DNA of 64,000 bases from Eledone cirrhosa (Eukaryota): contig OZ024745.1 in assembly GCA_964016885.1 (NCBI GenBank), positions 67,704,001 to 67,768,000 on the forward strand, read 5' to 3'. How positions within the stretch are numbered: position 1 is the stretch's first letter; every line of letters begins with the position of its first letter. Below the pieces are notes generated by a model. That model worked only from the letters and a program-made list of their open reading frames with translations, was not told where the DNA came from and made no database searches. Made by a program: the position numbers and the translations under genes. Below are positions 55,775-64,000 of the stretch, piece after piece.

Positions 55775-57586
55775 TGATCATAAATTAATCGACCAGGTCA
55801 TGAAGGTCACGGAAAAAGTAATAGCGCAACTAATCAGAGAGCGAATTGATCTAGATGAAATGCAGTTCGGGTTTGTGTCAGGAAAAAGTACTACAGACGC
55901 TCTTTTCATTGTACGACAACTACAGGAGAAGTACCTAGCTAAAAGTAAACCCCTATACTTAGCTTTCGTCGACTTGGAGAAGGCCTTCGACAGAGTCCCC
56001 CGTTCCATTCTGGTGGGCTCTTAGAAAACTAGGTGTTGATGAATGGCTTGTGAGAGCTATACAAGCCATGTATAAAGAAACAGTCAGCAAGGTTAGAATT
56101 AACAACGAATATAGTGAAGAGTTTAGTGTAAAAGTTGGTGTTCATCAGGGCTCTGTTCTTAGCCCCCTACTATTTATTATTGCCCTCCAGGCTATAACAG
56201 TGGAGTTCAAGACCGGCTGCCCATGGGAACTCCTATACGCAGATGATCTAACGCTCATAGCTGAATCAATGGCCGAGCTAGAGAAGAAATTCCAAACATG
56301 GAAGCACGGCCTAGAATCAAAAGGCCTTAAAATTAACCTGGCTAAGACTAAAGTTCTAGTTTGTAAGAAAGAAAATAAGGCGGCGGTCCCCTCCGGGAAG
56401 TGGCCATGCGCAGAGTGTAGGAAAGGCGTAGGTAGAAATTCCATTTTGTGTCCCAAATGCAAAGTTTGGGTGCATAAAAGATGTAGTGGGATCACAGGTA
56501 AGCTAACTAAGAACATAGATTTTACATGTGGCCGGTGTTCTGGGGCAATAAGTAGCAGCAAGTGCCCACAAAATACTAGCTCTTTCAACTGCGCAGAGGG
56601 TTCTATAGAAATAGTGGACAGCTTCCGTTACCTGGGTGACAAAATCAGCAGTGGGGGAGGGTGCTCTGAAAGTACAGTAGCTAGAGTCAGAACTGGGTGG
56701 AAAAAGTTCAGAGAGCTTATACCACTATTAGCCGCTAAAGGGTTCTCCCTAAAAATGAAAGGCAGGCTGTACGATGCCTCCATACGAACAGCAATTTTGC
56801 ATGGCAGTGAGACCTGGGCATTGTGTGCAGAGGATATACGCAGACTAGAGAGAAACGAAGCTTGCATGCTCCGCTGGATGTGTAATAGTAATATACGTGA
56901 ACGACAAAGCATAAACGAACTAAGGAAAAAATTAGAAATAAGAGGGATCAGATGTTGTTTACTAGAGAGAAGGCTACGTTGGTATGGTCACGTAATGCGC
57001 ATGAAGGACGATAGCTGTATAACAAAGTGCAGGGCAATAAAGATAGACGGTAGCCACGGAATAGGCAGACCCAGAAAAACCTGGGACGAGCTGATAAACT
57101 CCGACCTCACACACTTACACCTCACCAAGACAATGTCACTGGACCGAGACCTTTGGCGGTACTCAGTAATAGAGAAGACCCGCCTTACCTAAATACAAAG
57201 TAAAACCTACTACAGTCAGTAGGCATCTCTAACAAAATACACCCCCGTCCCACCACCCCCCACCCCATCCACACCGCCCCTTCTATGTAAAGTTATGTTG
57301 GTGCCACACCATCCAGGCCGAAACAAATGAGATCGTGTAGGTGTCACGGCAAAAAAACACACAGTCCACGCTGTAATGTGGCCGTGTAGGCAACACGGTA
57401 AAAACCTCCCAGACCCACACTGTAAATGTGGTTGGTGTTAGGAAGGGCATCCAACTGTAGAAAACCTGCCAGACAGTCCTATGCGAGCAAGACAATCACT
57501 CTTGCCTCAAGTGGGAAAACCCCCGTCCAAACCCATGCAAGCGTGGAACACGGACGTTAAACGTTGATGATGATGATGATGATGAT
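55775..57586 (+). mobile_element. 5'-truncated RTE-clade LINE with 3' UTR and (GAT)n tail
   Basis: RT coding region to the stop at 57192; 3' UTR motif TGGTGTTAGGAAGGGCATCC; (GAT)n at ~57565-57586. Confidence 0.9.
55780..57192 (+). pseudogene. RTE reverse transcriptase with embedded PHD-like finger; one frameshift near 56010
   Basis: MQFGFV, FVDLEKAFDRVPR, GVHQGSVLSPLLF, LYADDL, FRYLG, RRLRWYGHV, GRPRKTW. Confidence 0.9.
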
Positions 57587-57778
57587 ACAGGTAAAGTTCT
57601 ATTATAACAAATATCATTATAACGAATTTTACAGTATAACAAATTTGTTTTCGATCCCCGAGGTAATAACAAACAAATGCTCAATTTGTTTCGGTTGATC
57701 TTGTTATAAAAAATTTTTCGTTACAACAAATTTTCTTTTTATACCCGTAAATTTCATTATAATGGAATTTCACTCTAT
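57587..57778. mobile_element. Tc1/Tigger-like MITE
   Basis: TACAGGTAAAGTTCTATTATAAC...ATTATAATGGAATTTCACTCTA imperfect TIRs with TTATAAC subrepeats. Confidence 0.5.
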
Positions 57779-58124
57779 TGTGAATATCAGAATATCTTTA
57801 TTCTGTTTCATGGAGATTTTTGAAGCTTGTAAAAGTATATTTGCTTTCTTCATTGATGTCTGATGAGATGATGACTGGTGGTCAACAAAAAGGTGTTGGA
57901 TCATTTGTCAAGTTGTTGTTGAAAAAGATGTCTCAGGGAAATTTAAAGTAGTTCACTTGGTCAGGCTAATTTATATTAGACCTTAATAATGGTGGGTTTG
58001 TGACCAGCGTATCTGTGGACTGTGAAAAAATGTGCTAGGAGGCAATTAAAAGGACATTTAACTATAAAACATTGCGACAAAAAGGACCCCGTGGTGAATT
58101 TGAAGCCTGTCTGTCTTCAGGTCC

Positions 58125-58590
58125 TTCATCATCATCATCACCGTTTTACGTCCGTTCTTCCACGCTAGCATGGGTTAGACGGGTTGTCCTGTTGTGGGCA
58201 GTGTCTGGTCGGCTGACCATGCCTTGCTCATACAGGAACTGATTTGGCTTGATTTCTACAGCTGGATGCCCTTCCTAACACCAACCCCATTTACAGTGAG
58301 TGCTGGGTGCTTTTTCGTGGCGCCTACACGTCCACTTTACAGTGTGGGCTGGGTGCTTTTTTGCCGTGGCACCTCCACGACCACCTTGCAGTGGGGGGTG
58401 TGGGGGCATATTGTCTATATGCTTCAGCTTGTACCCATGGGAGGTCGGGTACTCTGTATTACTGCATGACGCCAGAGGTCACGGTCGTGTGTCATTGCCT
58501 TTGAGAGGTGTAATTGGGTAAGGTCGGCTTTTATCACCTCATCCCAGGTCATCTTGGGTCTCCCCACTCCGCGGTTTCCATCGACTTCTA
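58125..58590 (-). mobile_element. 3' end of another RTE LINE
   Basis: (CAT)n tail, GGATGCCCTTCCTAACACC motif and minus-strand GRPKMTWDEVIK. Confidence 0.75.
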
Positions 58591-60514
58591 AATTTTTTTT
58601 ATTTTCGAAATAAATTGGAATGCATGGGAAGTATATGTCAATAGAAATATGGTCACAAACAGATTAAGAAATACACTAGAATAAAAAGAAAATATTCATG
58701 AAAATAAAAATATTTATTTCATTTAATGTTATAAAACCTTTATTATAAAATAGAAAACTCTGGTCTTAAACACATGAAATTTGTTTAAATCATTGAAAAT
58801 GTCAAGTATTTTCACTAGTAACGATATTGGCTTTTAATTTAGAGAAAACCAAAAGATTTTCTCTAAATCTATATGACAATGGTTTCTAAATTTTATATTT
58901 TAACCCTTTTCATACTAATTTGCTTAAAACCTGTTTCTATTAAACAAAACTACCCATGGGAAATACCCTTGTTACAAATACCATCTTAAAAATCAAATAA
59001 TTAAAAATTTTAGTCTCCAAATATTTCATTAACCCTTTCGTGAAATATGCTCTATTTCAATTAATGAAGAATTTTAAGGGATTTACTAAAATATTACATT
59101 TCTAAGATCATAATGAGTCTTATATTAAATTGTCGAAATTTTAATTTAAATAGGAACGTTTTAAAGTTGGTGATTTCATTTAATAGACCCAGAACTAGTG
59201 TATTTCCTTAAAAATATAGTAAAGAAAATATTAAAAAGATAAGATTGTACCCATATATAACTCGAGTTGAAAGATCTCTCCTGAAGAGGAGTGTGGTGGT
59301 TGGATAAAAATGATATAGATAGTTGAAATTGATTCGTCTTGATGCATCCTTAATTTACATCTGTTGTTCCCCAACACTCACCACATATAATAAATATATA
59401 CTTTTGTAGGGATATTTGGAGAGATATACTTACTATTTTGATCCTTTTCATACCAAACTGCTTGAAACTTATTCTGGTTCTATGATACTAAGCTGTGTAT
59501 TTTAGAGGGTTTATATTTATCTAAAAACCTTCCATCATAATTTTATAAAAGAACTTAAGTTATGTTCCAAATACCAGCTTAATAATGAAAAACCTAGTTA
59601 TATCCCTAAATCCTTAAAAATTCATGATTATTTTCAAAATGATTTGAAAATGTCTTATTAAAAAAATATGGTATTAGCGTAGTTTTACAGCAATGGTATA
59701 TCAGGGTGGCCTTATCGTGGTTACTTTACATCAAGCTTATGAAAGATCTATGTAGATGAAGCTAAAGAAAAAGATGTCTCAGTCCTCTAATCTCTAAATA
59801 GATTACACAAGGAAGTATACAGCTCACAGCTGATACTTTAGACCACAAATCATTCTATGAATAGAAATTGTCAAAGACTGGCACCCAATCGAAGGGAAAA
59901 GATATCGCTGAACAACTTAATGCCAATAAATTGGGAAATAAAGGTAGGTATAAAAAGATAAAAATAAAAAATGTTTAATTCTCAATTACAAGGTCAAGAG
60001 TTTGATCCTCAGATCCGATGGCACATTATCTTTTTGAGCAAGGTCTTTCATGACACATTTCTCTAATTCACTCAATTGAAAAATGAGTACCAGTAACAGA
60101 TTGAGGTTAACCTTGCTCAGTTCAGCGAAGAGTCTTGTACTCACACTATATGCCTTAGAAACTTTTTTAAAACACTTCAAAATAAAAATAAAATGATTTA
60201 TCTTAAGATAAAAAGTAACCTGAGAAGAAAATGTTATTGTCGGTTAAGAAGTGTTTGTTGGGTTGAAGGTGTATGGAGTGTGACAAAACTTCTGGAAACT
60301 AAATAACTGTACAACAGTTGCTTATCTTATAGGTGATGGCATTCATTTCATAGTAAATAATTTTAGTTGATATGATTACAGCTTTTAACCACTTTACCAA
60401 TTTAAAATATTTATTGATAATTAAATTTTATGGTGTGATCCTAGCTTTTGGTAAACTTGCGTAAATGTAAGTTGTTTAAGTCGAGAATATTAAAAACTAT
60501 CTTCAGATAAAACA

Positions 60515-60592
60515 TCACATATTCTTCTTGGCTTGGTTTAACAGTTCTCTGGCTATAATCAGTCTTTGAATTTGAGCAGTGCCTTCATAAAT
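60515..60592 (-). CDS. ACADM: Medium-chain acyl-CoA dehydrogenase, last coding exon (IYEGTAQIQRLIIARELLNQAKKNM*)
   Basis: AG acceptor at 60594-60593, catalytic IYEGT motif, TGA at 60517-60515; AATAAA on the minus strand at ~60415-60410. Confidence 0.9.
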   Translation of the reverse strand: MYEGTAQIQRLIIARELLNQAKKNM

Positions 60593-60859
60593 CTGGAAAT
60601 TCGATAAGAAAATATACATATAAGTTTATCATCCAAACTGTTTTTAAATAAAACAATTTTCTAGATTACAACTGTGTGTATCCAGTTTAGATTAGGTACA
60701 CTGTATCCTTGTGTGTCATATAAGAAAAGTTGGTGCCAGAAAGGACATCCAAGTGTAAAACCTTGCTACAAAAAGAACTCTATGTCATGAGACCTGCAAG
60801 GCTTAACCCCTGATTTAGTGTGTGTGTGTGTTTTTTTTTAGGAGGAGGCTTTAAAATGC

Positions 60860-61800
60860 TTCATCATCAACACTGTTTTCCATGCTTGTATGGGTTAAAC
60901 AGTTGTCACATGCTGAGAGGCCAGATTGGTCAGGTGACTAGGTCCTGCTCATAGGCTTGGTTTTGACTTGGTTTCAATGGCTGGAGGCCCTTCCTAACGC
61001 CAACCACTTTACAGAGCATACTGGAGCATTTTATTGTGACTCTAACACTACTACCTAACAGTTGACTGGGTACTTTTTAAAGTGGCACCATCACTACCTA
61101 ACAGGGTGGACTGGGTGTTTTTATCAAAGGCACCATCACTACCACCTAACAGGGTGACTGGGTGTTTTTATCAAAGGCACCATCACTACCACCTAACAGG
61201 GTGGACTGGGTACTTTTATAGTGACACCAGCAAAATGATAGCACCATTGTATTTTTTAGATTACCAAAAATGTATCCCTAGTAGCCCTTTTCTCTATTTT
61301 CACTTAAAGTGAAATTTCAAAAATGTCACTAAGGTACACATACAGCTTAGAATAAATCATTTTATGCCTGCTTTCCATGTTGTCACGAGTTAGACAAATT
61401 GTTATAATCCAAGACAATTCTTAAATGGAGTTACTACTCTCCCAGATGGATTATGTGGACTACATATTTTTGTCAAGGTTTCTATAACTGAATGCCTTTC
61501 CTAATACCAACCACTTTACAGTGTACTGGGTGTATTTTATCGTGACACCAGCACAAAGAAGGTTGTCTTCTCTTTTATTTTGGAAGGGTTTCTACAGCTG
61601 GATATCCTTCCTAACACCAGCCACTTGACAGGATGTACTGGGTTCATTATATTTTAGACATCCGCACTAGAGAGTTTGTCAGGGCCTGCTCTACTATATG
61701 ATGTCTCTGTTGGACTATCAACCACTTAACAAAGTGTACTGGGTGCATTTTATTATAGCACCAACACTAGAGGTTACCTTATCTCGGCACAGCAAAAGAG
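60860..61800 (-). repeat. Cluster of degenerate RTE-tail/SINE fragments with a ~45-48 bp tandem repeat (61045-61230) in the ACADM last intron
   Basis: Repeated CCTTCCTAAC(G/A)CCAACCACTTTACAG motif; GGCACCATCACTACCACCTAACAGGG units. Confidence 0.65.
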
Positions 61801-61893
61801 CCCTCTACACTCTATGCCATCCTGTTTAGGAAGAAAAAGGATGTTTTTTTTATTCTCTTCTAAACTATATTTTAACAGAACTTTAACACTGAC

Positions 61894-61965
61894 CTGGTAA
61901 ATCTTAGCATCTCTCATTAGTTTCTCAACTGGATAGTCACTGTTGAAACCATTTCCACCAAATAT
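61894..61965 (-). CDS. ACADM: Medium-chain acyl-CoA dehydrogenase, penultimate exon ([24 protein letters not shown])
   Basis: 72 nt, AG/GT boundaries, phase 0; matches the MCAD signature [19 protein letters not shown]. Too short for the ORF track. Confidence 0.93.
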
Positions 61966-62208
61966 CTAGAAAAGATATATAACAATGAAAGAGCATGTAT
62001 ATTTATTTCAAACTTTAGTTACTTTTATAATGCTAGCGTGGAAGATATACGTTAAACAATGATGAATGAATTTAATTATATAACATACTAATTTATCACC
62101 AACATTTTCTCCATACAGATAAAAATTAACCCTTTGATACTAAACTGCCTGAAACCACCTCTGTTTATTTTGAAATGTTTATATTCACCTAAAAACTTAC
62201 CATTATAA

Positions 62209-62389
62209 TGGCAGTATCGGTAGAGGGTCTGACGCTATGCTTTGCAGCAAAGAGTTACGCCCCTTTATGGTTTGAGTTCAAATCCCGCCGAGGTTAACTT
62301 TGCCTTTCATCCTTACGGGGTCGATAAAATAAAAGTACCAGTAATGCACTGGATAATAGCTGGCCTTGTGCCAAAAGCAGAAACAATTA
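62209..62389 (+). mobile_element. tRNA-derived SINE (family A), intronic
   Basis: Homologous to 25764-25944. Confidence 0.85.
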
Positions 62390-62689
62390 TAATTTTATGT
62401 AAGAACCTTTAAGTAATGAGAATATTAGTTATATTACTAAATCCCTCCAAATTCTTAATTCATTTTCAAAATTAATTAAAAATCATAAGCAGTGTTTTTC
62501 ATTAGAAATATGGCAGAAAAAGAAAGGACTCTTGATCTGACAGTCACATGGGACACCATCTTGACACAAATTGTGGCTTGGGTATTTTAAACCTGGTGGT
62601 GCACATCTCTCCAGATTTGAACAGAACTGGTTTCTTCCACAGAGAGAAAATCAACCTTAATACTCCACATGTATTTTATCAACCTTTAA

Positions 62690-62913
62690 CCCTTTAGCAT
62701 TTACATTACTCTATATTTACTATTATATTTTCACAGTAAACACTTTATCTTACATAATTATCTAATTATCTCACATAATATTGAATCTGATATTTTGATA
62801 TTTATTTTGAGAATAATATCTTAATATAAATATGAACAGCAGGTTACGGCCGGTTTGAAAAGAAAAAGGCGAGAGAATTCTGGCCAGATACAGCTGGTTT
62901 AAACGCTAAAGGG
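62690..62913. mobile_element. piggyBac-like MITE, intronic
   Basis: TTAA|CCCTTTAGCATTTA...TAAACGCTAAAGGG|TTAA. Confidence 0.85.
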
Positions 62914-63048
62914 TTAAACAATGAAAAACGAAGTTGACTTCTGTGTTGTTTGAACTTGTATTGCAGTGAGCTAGAAGCAAATATTGATGCTTTTTAATAT
63001 GGCGCCCTAATGACTGCAATACTAGAAACAGAATGAATAAGTGTTTAC

Positions 63049-63225
63049 CTGTACAGCATCAGTTGCACATTTATTTGCGACATCTCCAGCCAGACATTTA
63101 GCAATTGAAGCATTGTAAGTATTGCGGATACCATTATCAATTTCCCAAGCAGCTTTATACATCATATGTCGTGCTGACTCTATTCCTATAGCCATGTCAG
63201 CCAACATAAATGACACAGCTTGGTG
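63049..63225 (-). CDS. ACADM: Medium-chain acyl-CoA dehydrogenase internal exon ([12 protein letters not shown]...CATDAVQ); upstream exons lie beyond the window
   Basis: 177 nt, TTTTGCAG acceptor, GTAAAC donor, phase 0; aligns from memory with MCAD HQAISFMLAEMA..AAWEVD..RNTYYASIAK..ATDAVQ. Confidence 0.93.
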
Positions 63226-63685
63226 CTGCAAAAGAAAACAGACAGTAAATAAAATAAGATGCACTAACATAGGCACAAGGCCAGAAATTTTGAGTGAGGG
63301 TTACTCTTCAGTGAGTGGGGGACAGGTTGCTCCTCAATGAGTTGCTTGCTTATGTACGGTTTCACATTCCATCTAGTGCTCGGGAGATGTTGTCATACCT
63401 TTGACACAACTGAGGGTCCTCCCAACCCTTTGTTTGGCAAGATTTCTATGGCTGGATGCGCTTCCTATCACCAACCACTTTACAGTGTGTACTGGGTGCG
63501 TTTATCATGTAAATCACCAACACTAGGGAGGTTGTCATGCCATTGACATGACTGGAGGGTCCTCCTGACCCTTTGTCTGGCAGGTTTTCTACGGCTAGAT
63601 GACCTTCCTATGACCAACCACTTTACAGCATTGTTAGACAGAGACAGTGTGAAAGCCCATCATTATTTATATGTAACCTTCCATA

Positions 63686-63780
63686 GAGGTTAACTTTGCC
63701 TTTCATCCTTACAGGGTCGATAAAATAAAGTACCAGTAATGTACTGGGATAATTGGTGGGCTTGTGCCAAAAGTAGAAAC

Positions 63781-63785
<5 letters not shown>
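63686..63785 (+). mobile_element. SINE family A, 3' half
   Basis: GAGGTTAACTTTGCCTTTCATCC...GTGCCAAAAGTAGAAACAATT. Confidence 0.8.
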
Positions 63786-63876
<91 letters not shown>

Positions 63877-64000
63877 TGTACATCCGCTTTTTTCTGCTTG
63901 CAAGGGTGGGACAGGGAACTGATTCTGGCTTATATATATATATATAAAATATTAAAAAAATAATGAATAAAACAATGAAACAGTTCCTTATATTAAACAA

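Noticed and set aside
63022-63276. 84-aa ORF as a standalone protein
   Set aside because: It is an internal ACADM exon (63049-63225) with intronic extensions.

Overview
AT-rich, repeat-dominated animal genomic DNA. The tRNA-derived SINEs, huge (TA)n tracts and RTE/Penelope content suggest a cephalopod (octopus-like) genome; this is an inference. Host genes lie only at the edges: three terminal coding exons of a medium-chain acyl-CoA dehydrogenase (ACADM-like, minus strand, 60.5-63.2 kb) and a proline-rich first coding exon running off the left edge. The rest is mobile DNA: a near full-length Naiad-type Penelope-like element (PLE; RT + GIY-YIG) with pseudo-LTRs, a non-autonomous LTR element and a related solo LTR, RTE LINEs, CRE-like endonuclease fragments, Helitron-like elements, hAT/Tc1/piggyBac MITEs, many SINEs and a 2.3 kb 45-bp satellite. 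The most interesting signal is RNA-structural. About a dozen intact or degenerate minimal hammerhead ribozyme (HHR) motifs sit in short, often fold-back, inserts in (TA)n. One subtype keeps a C.Y mismatch at stem II position 4 across dissimilar sequences, and several inserts share a co-varying downstream hairpin with a 2-nt UH bulge (RCUC...UH-GAGY). All pairings and coordinates were read by eye; no searches or folding programs were run.
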